A DNA stretch of 64,000 nt from an uncultured Candidatus Saccharibacteria bacterium. Its GTDB lineage: Bacteria; Patescibacteriota; UBA1384; CAILIB01. Positions within the stretch are counted from its first letter, which is position 1, and each line of letters opens with the position of its first letter. Shown here one piece after another: positions 8,943 through 18,030 of the stretch. Location of the stretch: the NCBI GenBank assembly GCA_964593885.1, contig CAZQKK010000002.1, positions 11,997 to 75,996 on the forward strand, in the 5' to 3' direction. Under the pieces are notes generated by a model. The model ran no database searches and had not been told where the DNA came from. It saw only the letters and a list, made by a program, of their open reading frames with translations. The translations under genes and the position numbers were made by a program.

Positions 8943-9544
8943 AACGGTTACCATACCTGAGAACTAGGTTGGGATTCACGATGGTTGAGGTCATCGTGGT
9001 AATTCTGATCATCGCCGTTCTCGCTGCTATCATCTTTCCTGTTGTCAGTTCCACTAGGGAACAGGCACGGAAAACAGACACCTCAGCAAGGCTCCACCAG
9101 GTTGCACAGGCCATTTCACTCTACCAAGATGAAAATGACCAGAGCTTGCCACCTCGGTTGAGTAGCCTGTCCTTGAAGCCTGAAATGCTTCGTTGCTCCA
9201 AGAGTGGGTATACGTTCTACTACCCGTTGAACTACTCCTTCCTCCAGCGCTACGGCAATCGCAAGGAAATTGCTCCCGAGTTTGAGCCAAGTCAGAACGC
9301 TGCTGTTAAGGCGATGTTCTGGCACACCTTCAACTGTGGGATGGCAAACAAGAACTGTGATGTCAAAACGCACGTGGTGGATGGGGTAAATTACACGTAC
9401 ACCATTCCACGCATGACGGAAGATACACCAAGTACCTACAAGGTGCTCGGCGTGAGGCTGGATGGGAGCGTTGGCGAATTCCCGGTCCTCGAAGACTGGG
9501 AGAAAAACCACCTTGAAGAGGGTGGCGTAGGGAAAGACAAATGA
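8939..9544 (+). CDS. type IV pilin-like protein (prepilin N-terminal methylation/cleavage motif)
   Basis: A basic leader is followed by G|FTMVEVIVVILIIAVLAAIIFPV: a class III signal peptide with Glu at +5 and a hydrophobic helix. The globular domain has 4 Cys. Start overlaps the previous stop. Confidence 0.8.
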   Translation: MKRLPYLRTRLGFTMVEVIVVILIIAVLAAIIFPVVSSTREQARKTDTSARLHQVAQAISLYQDENDQSLPPRLSSLSLKPEMLRCSKSGYTFYYPLNYSFLQRYGNRKEIAPEFEPSQNAAVKAMFWHTFNCGMANKNCDVKTHVVDGVNYTYTIPRMTEDTPSTYKVLGVRLDGSVGEFPVLEDWEKNHLEEGGVGKDK

Positions 9545-9978
9545 AACGAATACACATGTTAGCTCTGGGTTGCATTTTTACCCTTGCAACCCTTGCATTC
9601 GCAGATGACGGTTCGTGCTGGAAACGAGCACGACCTATCTGCCCCGACGGTGTCTCAGACGAGAATGGTGCTCGATGTGGCGCGAAGTCCGTCATTGTAG
9701 TCAGTCCTGACGCAGAGCGCGCGTTGGACAAGTTCTGCAGCGGCCACTCTCGCAACTGCAGCAATAGCGGTAAATCGTGCAACCAGCGATGGCTGATGGA
9801 CGCAATGTGGCGCAGGGTATCCTGCGTCAACCAGCAAACCGGCGCTAGCACCCCTCTTGGGTGGTGCTTAGACTACCAGATCAGCAACAAAGCCCTCAAC
9901 GAGGACTGCTCTGGAAATCCCTGCCGAAAGAGTGTGGTGGAAGCTGAACCAGCTGAGCCACCCGCTGGTACCCAGTAA
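9541..9978 (+). CDS. secreted cysteine-rich protein (about 10 Cys in mature part)
   Basis: Sec-type signal peptide MKRIHMLALGCIFTLATLAFA. The mature region has many Cys. Translationally coupled to the pilin gene. Confidence 0.6.
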   Translation: MKRIHMLALGCIFTLATLAFADDGSCWKRARPICPDGVSDENGARCGAKSVIVVSPDAERALDKFCSGHSRNCSNSGKSCNQRWLMDAMWRRVSCVNQQTGASTPLGWCLDYQISNKALNEDCSGNPCRKSVVEAEPAEPPAGTQ

Positions 9979-10025
9979 CCTCGAATCCTCCTGTATCAAC
10001 AGGGGGATTTTTTTGTGGGGGGTTT

Positions 10026-10685
10026 CTAGACCTCGCTGAAAAAAGCTTTACCACCCTCTAGTAGTTCCATTACCTCTCCAAACCCGGGGCATCGCTCATC
10101 TGTGGGGATTTCGCCCAACGTGCCCCAGAAGCACTCACCTAGGGCGGCTTCCTGGATGATTTCGCCGCTGTATTCAAGAGAAAACACGTGGGACTCCATG
10201 TGGTTGAGGAGTACGTCGCCCTCAAAGCTCCTAATAAAGATGGTACCGCGGTATTCTAGGTCTTCAGTGGCTGCCGTGATGCCGGTTTTCTCGTCAAGCT
10301 CCCTCACGGCTGCGGCGAAGATACTCTCGCCCAGGTGTACCTTGCCGTAGGGGAGGCTGACCTTCCCGAGGAATGGCTGCTTATTCCACCTGAAGAGCAC
10401 GTACTGCCCCTCGGCGTTTTTCACAGAAAGCATGGTGGTGACTTTGGGCTGCTCGCGTTTCTCGCCGGTGGAAGTACTCATCGTTCCGACAAACCGCCTA
10501 CCCTCGGTGCTGAGCGCGTAACCGCCATCAACCTTCTCCACGAGGCCTGCCGCCATGAGAGATTTCAGGTGGTAGGTGTGGAGGTTGCCGTCAACGTCGT
10601 CGGGCTGCAGCTCTGAGTACCTCAAATGAGCCGCCAGGGCGAGGCGACGAAGGATTTCACGTTGATTTAATGGAAGGTGTGACAT
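10026..10685 (-). CDS. winged-helix DNA-binding domain fused to NUDIX hydrolase domain (NrtR-like regulator/hydrolase)
   Basis: N-terminal wHTH-like region (REILRRLALAAHLRYSEL...LKSLMAAGLVEKV). C-terminal Nudix box GKVHLGESIFAAAVRELDEKTGI. Confidence 0.7.
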   Translation of the reverse strand: MSHLPLNQREILRRLALAAHLRYSELQPDDVDGNLHTYHLKSLMAAGLVEKVDGGYALSTEGRRFVGTMSTSTGEKREQPKVTTMLSVKNAEGQYVLFRWNKQPFLGKVSLPYGKVHLGESIFAAAVRELDEKTGITAATEDLEYRGTIFIRSFEGDVLLNHMESHVFSLEYSGEIIQEAALGECFWGTLGEIPTDERCPGFGEVMELLEGGKAFFSEV

Positions 10686-10785
10686 ACTCAGGCAAAACTG
10701 ACTCAGTAACCGCTGCTTAATGGTGATAACCCAATCTGGCTAGAGTGTACCAGAAGGGTCACCCCTTCACAAAAGGTAGAAGACG

Positions 10786-11115
10786 ATGGCTGAAACAGTG
10801 TTACGAAGCGCGGAACTTGCCGCAGAGATTTCCAAGGCACAGCAGGAGCTGGTAGCAATCCAGCGCACCTGCACTCACCCTTCCTGGGAGTTCTCCCGGG
10901 AGTGTCACATTGAGAGCGAGATGGCTCACGCGGTAGTCAGGTGTAAGACGTGCCGGAAGGAGGAAACGCGAGACTTCTTCCACAACTGCCCGGTCTGCCA
11001 GACGGCGCTAGAGCTTGCAGGCTGGAACGACGAGCACAGCCGGATGCACGCCTACTACCAGTTCACCTGCCCATCCTGCAAATTCACCACTACCCAGCGG
11101 GTGGTGGACTACTAA
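10786..11115 (+). CDS. zinc-ribbon protein (multiple CxxC pairs)
   Basis: 109 aa with the Cys pairs CKTCRK, CPVCQ and CPSCK. No other domain. Confidence 0.5.
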   Translation: MAETVLRSAELAAEISKAQQELVAIQRTCTHPSWEFSRECHIESEMAHAVVRCKTCRKEETRDFFHNCPVCQTALELAGWNDEHSRMHAYYQFTCPSCKFTTTQRVVDY

Positions 11116-11150
11116 TCCCAGAGCTACCCTTCGTGAGGGTGGCTTTTTTC

Positions 11151-11885
11151 TTACCTAACCATTTCTAAAAGGCTCTTCTCCAACCTAGTTGCCCCAAGCC
11201 AGTTGTTCTCAACGGTGAAGGTTTGGAATGTCTTGTCTAGGCCACTGATGATTGCCAGCCCCACAAGAATGAGGAGCACGGCGAGGCTTTTCCTAAACCA
11301 CCCATTTGGGTTGGCCGTCCAGGCGAGTTTCTTGGTGAGATTTCTTCCAGCAAGTGAAATCGCCAACAATGCTGAAGCGAGCCCCAGCGCATAGAAACAA
11401 ATGTAGATGAAACCGAGGGCGAAGTTTGAAGGTAGCACCGTTGCTAGCACCAACCCGTACACCGGGCTGCAGCTTGAGAACACTGGCCCCAGCGAGGCGC
11501 CGGTGAGTACCTGTCCAAGCACCCCCGTGCGGTGGGAGGCATTCTCAAGGAGCTTGTTGCTCTGGGATTCAAGGCCAAGCTTGAGGGCAATACTGGTCCA
11601 GAGGTTAGGGAAGAGCATGCTCAATCCAAGGATCAGGACGATACCCCCAGAGATGGTTAGCCAGACCTGCAGATCAACACCAATCAGCGAGGTTGAGGCC
11701 TTGAGGATGAGGGTGAAGACGGTAACTGATACGGCGAGGCTGAGCGCAATGACGTACGGTTTGCGCGGGTCTTCTCGCTCCCCGGGAGCTACCGAGGTGC
11801 CCACAATCACCGGCAAGAGCGGCAGGACGCAGGGTGCGAGGGAGGTGAGAACTCCAGCCAGGAACGAGGTTACCAGGAGCAACAT
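11151..11885 (-). CDS. ccdA: cytochrome c-type biogenesis / thiol-disulfide transporter CcdA (DsbD transmembrane domain family)
   Basis: Six TM helices with conserved Cys in TM1 (LAPCVLPLLP) and TM4 (FSSCSPVY). Confidence 0.8.
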   Translation of the reverse strand: MLLLVTSFLAGVLTSLAPCVLPLLPVIVGTSVAPGEREDPRKPYVIALSLAVSVTVFTLILKASTSLIGVDLQVWLTISGGIVLILGLSMLFPNLWTSIALKLGLESQSNKLLENASHRTGVLGQVLTGASLGPVFSSCSPVYGLVLATVLPSNFALGFIYICFYALGLASALLAISLAGRNLTKKLAWTANPNGWFRKSLAVLLILVGLAIISGLDKTFQTFTVENNWLGATRLEKSLLEMVR

Positions 11886-11900
11886 TGCGGTTGCTGGCGG

Positions 11901-12446
11901 CTAGTTAGTCTGGGTGGTGAGCTCGGCGTAGCTGGTGGAGCCGCTCCACTTCTTGATCAGGTTGCCACTTGCGTCCACCTGGACGAAGGTGTGCTGGTAG
12001 GTGACACCGTACTTTTTCTTGAGCTCGGTGGCGCTGTCGTAGTCAACTTTGAGGAGGGTGAGGCCGCCTGGTGGAGTGTTGGCATTGAAGGCAATGTTTG
12101 CCTCTTTGCAGGTTGGGCACCACGGGGCACTGAAGAAGAGGACAACGTCGCTGGTTGAGGCATTTGCTAGTTTTGCGGAGTCGTAGTCTGTAAAGATGCC
12201 GGCAGCCTTAGGGGAGGACTCAGTGGTAGCACTTGGGGTGGTAGTTGGGGAAGCGGTGGTGCTAGCAACCTTGGTATCTGTGGTTTTTTTGCTGGTAGCG
12301 ATAACGTAGCCGCCGCCAACGATAAGGAGGATGGCAATGGCGCCAAGGGTGATTTTTGAGTTCACAATTGCGTTTACGAGTAGAGCCCCAGTGTAGCAGA
12401 AAGACCGGCATTGGCGGTCGGTCGAAACCCTATACAAAAAACCCAC
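11901..12446 (-). CDS. membrane-anchored TlpA/ResA-like thioredoxin-fold thiol-disulfide oxidoreductase
   Basis: WCPTC active site, N-terminal TM anchor and a Thr/Ser-rich linker. The tracked GTG start at 12446 lies inside a terminator hairpin, so the true start is probably downstream (about 12380). Confidence 0.7.
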   Translation of the reverse strand: MGFLYRVSTDRQCRSFCYTGALLVNAIVNSKITLGAIAILLIVGGGYVIATSKKTTDTKVASTTASPTTTPSATTESSPKAAGIFTDYDSAKLANASTSDVVLFFSAPWCPTCKEANIAFNANTPPGGLTLLKVDYDSATELKKKYGVTYQHTFVQVDASGNLIKKWSGSTSYAELTTQTN

Positions 12447-12460
12447 CGGGATGGTGGGTC
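12434..12460 (-). terminator. rho-independent terminator (GACCCACC-loop-GGTGGGT + T6) for the 12459-13241 gene
   Basis: The minus-strand sequence gacccaccatcccggtgggttttttgt lies immediately after the stop codon. Confidence 0.65.
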
Positions 12461-13241
12461 AGGCAAACTGGAGAACGGGCTGCTGTGATACGGCTGGCCA
12501 AATCTCCTTACAGACTGCCACGACGGCGCACATCGCGATGATGTGGGCGAGTGCTTGCTCGGGCGTATCGGTGTTGTGGTCGGTGAGCTGGAAAGGTCCG
12601 GTGCGCGGTTTTTGCGCTCCGGCAATTGAGAGTTCGCTCCCAACCGGGTGCATCATCTGAAGGATGACCCCTTCTGATCCTTGCCATACGGTTCCGTACT
12701 GACCGGGCATCTCCCGATTGAGGTGCTCCTCCCAGTACGTCCTCACAACCTCGTTCACCGGCTCAAGTACCGCACCATGGCGCTTATCCAGCAGCTCCCA
12801 AACCGGTGGACTGAAAGAGGCTTGTATAATGTAGCCCCTACTTGGTAGCTCGCAGTTGAGGGCGAGCGCCGGTTTCGTGAGTGTTTGAAGGTGCGCAAGT
12901 GGCAGATGACCGTCATGAGCATCTTGGTAGGCGTGGTCGAAGACTCGACGGAGCTTACTGTAGCTCTTGAGGCAGTCGTCTATCTGATTAGGCTTCCAAT
13001 GGAGCGAAATCCAGTCAGGGTGAGCGTCGGGGCCGTTAGGCATCCAGAAGCAGTAGTTGCTGCCGGTGGATGAACCGCGGGCGAAGTCAACGTTTGACCA
13101 TTCGCTGAGGTGCTGGTTTCCCAGTTCCTCAACCATCGCTGCTGCGTACACTCGTGGTATACGTGTCAGGATGTTACATCGGCCAAACGGTGAGAGAAGA
13201 GAATGCATCAGCTTTGGCTGGCTGCAAGGAGATGATGTCAT
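12459..13241 (-). CDS. hypothetical cytoplasmic protein
   Basis: 260-aa ORF with no recognised motif. Terminated by a hairpin before the TlpA/CcdA operon. An alternative start MHSLLSPF lies further in. Confidence 0.5.
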   Translation of the reverse strand: MTSSPCSQPKLMHSLLSPFGRCNILTRIPRVYAAAMVEELGNQHLSEWSNVDFARGSSTGSNYCFWMPNGPDAHPDWISLHWKPNQIDDCLKSYSKLRRVFDHAYQDAHDGHLPLAHLQTLTKPALALNCELPSRGYIIQASFSPPVWELLDKRHGAVLEPVNEVVRTYWEEHLNREMPGQYGTVWQGSEGVILQMMHPVGSELSIAGAQKPRTGPFQLTDHNTDTPEQALAHIIAMCAVVAVCKEIWPAVSQQPVLQFA

Positions 13242-13356
13242 CGTGTACTACCCTCCTCACTCACGCTACCAAGTTGTTTTGGGGGCGTCTAGGTTGCACA
13301 CTATCCACCCCGTAACTCCTACCCACACGTGCCGTTTCGGGGTATAGTGCAACAGC

Positions 13357-14535
13357 ATGCAAATCCTTCGTACCATCACCCGTCGGCCTAGCCGTTCCAT
13401 CCTCACTGCCCTCGGCATTGCCATTGGTATCTTCGCCCTGGTAGTGGTTGGTGCACTTGCTGAGAGGGTGCAACAGATTGTCGGTGGAGGAGTCTCCTAC
13501 TACGGCACCAGGATTATCGTCCAGGATGCCGCAAACGATGGAAACTTCTTCAGGCTCACCAACCCCGTCAACCTAGACCGGCTTGAGCCGGTGCGCGCCC
13601 TAGATGGTGTTGAGGCCGCTTTCCCGGAAGTCACCATGCTCTACTCGGATGCTAAACGGGGCGAAAACTCCTTCGGTCAACCTCCCTTCATTATTGGGAG
13701 AGACCCAGAAGCTAACCAGAAAGACCCACAACCACTAAAAGTAAGGGCGGGACGAGGCCTCCAAAAAGGTGAGCGCTCAGTGGCGGTACTAGGGGAAGAC
13801 CTCCAGAAGCAGCTTGGCGCCAAGGTGGGCGAGAGCATCATCGCTAACGGTGCAACCTTCACCGTCATCGGGGTGTACGACAAGAACTTCACCATCAACG
13901 ACACCGCAGCCGTAGTTCCTCTCCTGGACGCTCAGCTCCTCACCCGCACTCCCATTACCAGCACCGGTGAGGTGAGCAAGCTTGGGGTAACTGAGGCTGC
14001 TTCCCAGATTGTGGTTTTCTCTAAACCAGGAGTTGATCCCCAGGTTCTCACCAAACAGATTACTGCAGGCGTTACTGGCGTGAAGGCGCTGGATCCTGAA
14101 TCGTTCAAGCGTCAGGTTGCTAACAGTACCCGCCTTTTCAATACCGTGGTTTTTGGCGCTGCCCTCATCGCCCTGCTCATTGGGAGCCTCTCTGTGGTGA
14201 ACACCATGGTCATGGCGGTGGCAGAGAGAACCCGCGAGATTGGGATTAGGAAGGCCATTGGTGCCACAGACGGCAGGATCCTTAGAGACTTCATTGGTGA
14301 AGCAGCGGTAATCGGTCTCCTTGGGGGACTACTGGGTATTTTCTTTGGTGAGCTCTTGGTGCTCTTCATCAACCGCTACACCGCCAGCAACGGCAGCGTC
14401 CTGTTCCAGGTGAGTCCGCGCTTACTCCTTGGCGCCTACTCATTCTCAGTGCTCCTTGCGGTAGTTGCTGGGCTCTGGCCGGCTTTCAAGGCCTCGCGCA
14501 TGCAGCCAATTGATGCCCTAAACCGGGAGCGCTAG
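13357..14535 (+). CDS. ABC transporter permease, FtsX/MacB-like (N-terminal TM, large extracytoplasmic domain, 3 C-terminal TMs)
   Basis: MacB-type topology. The C-terminal FtsX-like segment has a conserved RTREIGIRKAIGA motif. Confidence 0.85.
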   Translation: MQILRTITRRPSRSILTALGIAIGIFALVVVGALAERVQQIVGGGVSYYGTRIIVQDAANDGNFFRLTNPVNLDRLEPVRALDGVEAAFPEVTMLYSDAKRGENSFGQPPFIIGRDPEANQKDPQPLKVRAGRGLQKGERSVAVLGEDLQKQLGAKVGESIIANGATFTVIGVYDKNFTINDTAAVVPLLDAQLLTRTPITSTGEVSKLGVTEAASQIVVFSKPGVDPQVLTKQITAGVTGVKALDPESFKRQVANSTRLFNTVVFGAALIALLIGSLSVVNTMVMAVAERTREIGIRKAIGATDGRILRDFIGEAAVIGLLGGLLGIFFGELLVLFINRYTASNGSVLFQVSPRLLLGAYSFSVLLAVVAGLWPAFKASRMQPIDALNRER

Positions 14536-15230
14536 TGAAGAGTATCATCGCCCACAACCTGAAGAAGTACTACAACTCCGGCAAGCCAAATGAGGTGCGC
14601 GCCCTCCACAACGTCAGCTTAGAGGTAGGCGAAGGTGACTTGGTGGCAATTATCGGCCCATCTGGTTCCGGGAAATCCACCCTCATGCACATCTTGGGAA
14701 TCTTGGATCAGCCCCAGTCAGGCACCCTCACCGTGAGGGGAACTGAGGTTGCCAAGGTGCCTCGCAAAGCCCTCCCACGGATGCGCGCAAAAGAGATTGG
14801 CTTCATCTTCCAGGGCTTCAACCTCCTCCCAACCCAAACCGCCCTCGAGAACGTAACCGAGGCCGCCCACTACGGTGGCATGTCAGGACGAAAAGCTCGT
14901 GAGGCTGCCACCGAGGTACTTACCCAAGTAGGATTGGCTGACAGGCTGGATAACTTCCCCAACCAGCTCTCAGGTGGACAGCAGCAGCGCGTGGCAATTG
15001 CTCGGGCTCTGGTGAACAATCCGGCTATTATCCTTGGGGACGAACCCACCGGCGAGCTTGATAGTGGCAACGCCGACGCCATCATTGACCTCCTCATCAA
15101 GTTGAATAAAGAGCGAAAGCAAACCATCATCATCGTTACCCACAACCGCGAGATTGCCGAGCGGTGTCGCACCATTGTCACCATGCGCGATGGGGAAATT
15201 GCCAGTATCACCACCAAAAACCATGATTAA
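14535..15230 (+). CDS. ABC transporter ATP-binding protein (MacB/LolD-type)
   Basis: Walker [10 protein letters not shown], signature [15 protein letters not shown] and Walker [12 protein letters not shown]. Confidence 0.9.
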   Translation: MKSIIAHNLKKYYNSGKPNEVRALHNVSLEVGEGDLVAIIGPSGSGKSTLMHILGILDQPQSGTLTVRGTEVAKVPRKALPRMRAKEIGFIFQGFNLLPTQTALENVTEAAHYGGMSGRKAREAATEVLTQVGLADRLDNFPNQLSGGQQQRVAIARALVNNPAIILGDEPTGELDSGNADAIIDLLIKLNKERKQTIIIVTHNREIAERCRTIVTMRDGEIASITTKNHD

Positions 15231-15966
15231 ACCAAAGCTCAGCACCGGAAACCGCGCGGGGGACTGGTTCCTCCTCGTCATCTTCCTCCTTGTTGCAGGC
15301 GTGGGAGTGCTCACCACCAGCTTCTTGGTGAAGTTTGATAGTGGCAAAACTAACCTCATTTCTACGGAGGTACCGGTGCAAACAGAAGCTCCTCGTAGTG
15401 TGGTAATCATGGGCGACAGCCTCGCCCAGGGGGTAGGTGCAACTGGTTCAGAAAACACCCTTGCCGCCCAGATTTTCACAGCTCGCTCCTCAAACCTACC
15501 TGGGGCAACTCTCTGGAACTTTGGCTTGGCGGGAGCTACCATCTCAAACGTTGTAACTGACCAACTCCAGAGGTTGAAAGAGGTGAAGCCTGTTGAAATC
15601 TACCTGGTCATTGGCGCAAACGACGTCACCAAACAGACCAACCCTGACGCTTTCGTAGAATCCTACCGCAGCGTCCTGTCAGCACTCACCAAAACCGGAG
15701 CGAAGGTAATTGTGGTGACCATCCCAAAACTTTCAGCTACTCCTGCAGTGCCTGAAGCTCAGAAAGCTGCAGCCGATGCACGCACCAAGCTGCTCAACGA
15801 GAAGATCCTTTTCGCTGTTAGAGAGTACCCAAACAGTGTGCGGGTAGTGGACGGGTATGGCTTCAGTGAGCGCGAACTGCAACCCGGATCAAACCTACTA
15901 TCAGACGATCAGTTTCACCCCAACAACGAGGGGTACGCAAAGTTTGCGGCAGAGATAGTCAAATAA
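15223..15966 (+). CDS. SGNH/GDSL-family hydrolase (lipase/esterase/acylhydrolase) with N-terminal TM anchor
   Basis: [14 protein letters not shown](L) block, GAND block, and a DQFHPN Asp/His catalytic pair. Start overlaps the ABC ATPase stop by 8 nt. Confidence 0.8.
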   Translation: MIKPKLSTGNRAGDWFLLVIFLLVAGVGVLTTSFLVKFDSGKTNLISTEVPVQTEAPRSVVIMGDSLAQGVGATGSENTLAAQIFTARSSNLPGATLWNFGLAGATISNVVTDQLQRLKEVKPVEIYLVIGANDVTKQTNPDAFVESYRSVLSALTKTGAKVIVVTIPKLSATPAVPEAQKAAADARTKLLNEKILFAVREYPNSVRVVDGYGFSERELQPGSNLLSDDQFHPNNEGYAKFAAEIVK

Positions 15967-15990
15967 AAAAGCACCCGGAATGGGTGCTTG
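15964..15990 (-). terminator. hairpin terminator (AAGCACCC-GGAA-TGGGTGCTT) between convergent SGNH and glpX genes
   Basis: The minus strand reads stem then TTTTTTA. The plus strand has an A-run upstream, so it may be bidirectional. Confidence 0.6.
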
Positions 15991-15996
15991 GAATGC

Positions 15997-17142
15997 CTAG
16001 CGATTTGCGAGAACCAGGACTGGTGGCTCTCGGTGGAGCGTCTGCGTCACGTTGGTACTTCCCGTTCGAGATCGTCCTGTGTAGGAGACGGTCTCTATTT
16101 GGGTACCTGTCGTGTACCTCACCCCGCGACCAAAGCAGGCTTCGGTCACGGCAGTCATGCTGAAAAACGCATCGCCGGGGACGAGGTCATCCATGGTGTA
16201 GACCTTGGTGGGGTCAATCTTGCTGGCAATGAGCTCAGCCCGATCTTCCTCACCCTCAGCATCATTGCTGAACCACGGTCGCATCTCCATGTACCCATCG
16301 GCACACTTGAGGACGGCAGCGGCAATGACACCCTCGGGGCTCCCACCAATACCGGCGTAGATATCTACGTTATGGTAGTCTTCCTGGATTCGCACCGCCG
16401 AGGCAACATCACCTGATTGGATGGGATGGGGGAGTGCTCCGGCTTGCCGGATTGCTTCCATCACATACTCGTTACGTGGCCTCCCCGTGAGGAATTCCAC
16501 GGCCACCCTTCGCCCCAGCACTTCACGAGCAAAGGTGAGGAAGGTGGCAAGGTTTTGGTCTAGGAGTGGCACACCCTTCACGAGAGGCTTTCCTTCGAGC
16601 GCAAAGCATTTCGTAGAGTTGCAGAACTCCCACCAAGCTGTCGCCAGCTGGGAGGAGATCATGATCTTCTCGGCGTAACCTTCCGGTGCTCCCCAGAGGC
16701 CACTCTTGTGGTCTCCTTGTTGCCTAACCGACCCGGCCAAGACCGAGATTGCTCCCGGGGTATTGTCGGCGGCGGCGGAGGTGCCGTCTAGTGGGTCGGC
16801 TGCCAGCTCGATGTAGTACTCGCCACCACCAAGGTCGTAGCTTGGCTTGATCTCCATGCCGGGGAAGATGCCCGAGGCTCCGTCCTTCTTGCCTTCACCG
16901 ATTACGCAGGTAATGGGAACGGGGGTTACTTCGCGTAGTTTCTCCAGCTGGGTGCGTGTAGCTACATCGTCGAGGAGAAACTTGTCTCCACCTCCAATGC
17001 CCAGCAAGCACTGCATCGCACCATGCTGGGTTGCGGCTTGAAGCGCGCTTTGACCATATTTTTCAATGGTACCAATAGGAATCGTGTTCATGTTGTTATC
17101 GACCGCCTTCTCCCGAGAGAGAACGTGTATGGAGTGTAGCAA
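15997..17142 (-). CDS. glpX: fructose-1,6-bisphosphatase class II
   Basis: IGEGKKDG, AADPLDGT and GIGGSPEGVIAAAVLKC align to the GlpX conserved blocks. The true start is possibly the internal ATG at 17091 (MNTIPIG). Confidence 0.8.
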   Translation of the reverse strand: MLHSIHVLSREKAVDNNMNTIPIGTIEKYGQSALQAATQHGAMQCLLGIGGGDKFLLDDVATRTQLEKLREVTPVPITCVIGEGKKDGASGIFPGMEIKPSYDLGGGEYYIELAADPLDGTSAAADNTPGAISVLAGSVRQQGDHKSGLWGAPEGYAEKIMISSQLATAWWEFCNSTKCFALEGKPLVKGVPLLDQNLATFLTFAREVLGRRVAVEFLTGRPRNEYVMEAIRQAGALPHPIQSGDVASAVRIQEDYHNVDIYAGIGGSPEGVIAAAVLKCADGYMEMRPWFSNDAEGEEDRAELIASKIDPTKVYTMDDLVPGDAFFSMTAVTEACFGRGVRYTTGTQIETVSYTGRSRTGSTNVTQTLHREPPVLVLANR

Positions 17143-17178
17143 AAATGGCTCCTGAAGTCACCTAGCGCGTACTGCAAG

Positions 17179-17207
17179 TATAAGAAAACCCACCGGTGAG
17201 GGTGGGT
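17179..17207 (-). terminator. hairpin terminator for 17224-17601 gene
   Basis: Minus strand: aacccaccctcaccggtgggtt + ttttctt. Confidence 0.55.
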
Positions 17208-17223
17208 TGAAGAGGAGGTGGGG

Positions 17224-17601
17224 CTACGTTTTGCTGAGTTCTGCTTTCAGCTTGTCGTGCCTGTTCCCGATAACGGTGAAGATGACGATAACTACAATGA
17301 GCTGAGAGCTAAACGTGTCGAGGAGAAGTGTGAGCGAAGTAGCTCGTGCCATCCAGAGGTACGTTCCAACGAGGGCAAACGCTGTCCACCATGCGGCACT
17401 CCATGTCCACAGGTACCTACTTGACCCCCAGAGGAGGAAAAACAGCATGCCGTTTGTGGCAAGAACCAAGCCAAGTTGCATGCTTGCTACTTGATCCATG
17501 GGTTTGCTGAAGGTAGCTATCCCGTAGAAAACGGCACAGCACAGCGTAAAGATGAGAATGAGGACAAGAAAGGGAGATCTCAAGATTCTAACCTGCTGCA
17601 C
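17224..17601 (-). CDS. hypothetical membrane protein (4 TM)
   Basis: 125-aa hydrophobic ORF flanked by a terminator. Confidence 0.5.
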   Translation of the reverse strand: MQQVRILRSPFLVLILIFTLCCAVFYGIATFSKPMDQVASMQLGLVLATNGMLFFLLWGSSRYLWTWSAAWWTAFALVGTYLWMARATSLTLLLDTFSSQLIVVIVIFTVIGNRHDKLKAELSKT

Positions 17602-17684
17602 GAGTCATTTCTGACCCTCTGCAGCAACAGCTCCTTCTACCACAATTACCACAAAATAGCAAGATGTAGAGCCGTTTGTGAGTA

Positions 17685-17710
17685 TGAAAAAGCACCCGGG
17701 TGGGGTGCTT
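17685..17710 (-). terminator. hairpin terminator (AGCACCCGGGTGGGGTGCT) for 17719-17943 gene
   Basis: Minus strand: stem + ttttt. Confidence 0.55.
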
Positions 17711-17718
17711 GAGAAGCC

Positions 17719-17943
17719 TCACATTCGGAAGCCAAGGCCGGTGTAGAGCGTGATAGCTGCGATGATGAGGCAGAGGGCGGCTAGCCCAGAACAGATAGGG
17801 ATGGCGTAGTCCTTCGTGAAGCACGAATCGTCTGCTCTCGGGCCCTTGGCAGCGACGGCACGCTTCATGAGGAACGCGATGATGGTGAGGACAGCGGCTG
17901 CGATGGCGCAGTACTGTGAGTAAACCAACTGCTCGTGATTCAT
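17719..17943 (-). CDS. small membrane protein (2 TM)
   Basis: 74 aa with two hydrophobic helices and its own terminator. Confidence 0.5.
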   Translation of the reverse strand: MNHEQLVYSQYCAIAAAVLTIIAFLMKRAVAAKGPRADDSCFTKDYAIPICSGLAALCLIIAAITLYTGLGFRM

Positions 17944-18030
17944 GTTCTAACCTGCCCAGGAAGATACCAGATTGGGGTTGCGCTTTCAATATACGCTGAC
18001 GCGCCAGTGCTTTTGGCGTAGCATGGGGGT

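Noticed and set aside
14970-15542. 190-aa minus-strand ORF
   Set aside because: It is antisense to the ABC ATPase/SGNH junction and has no motifs.
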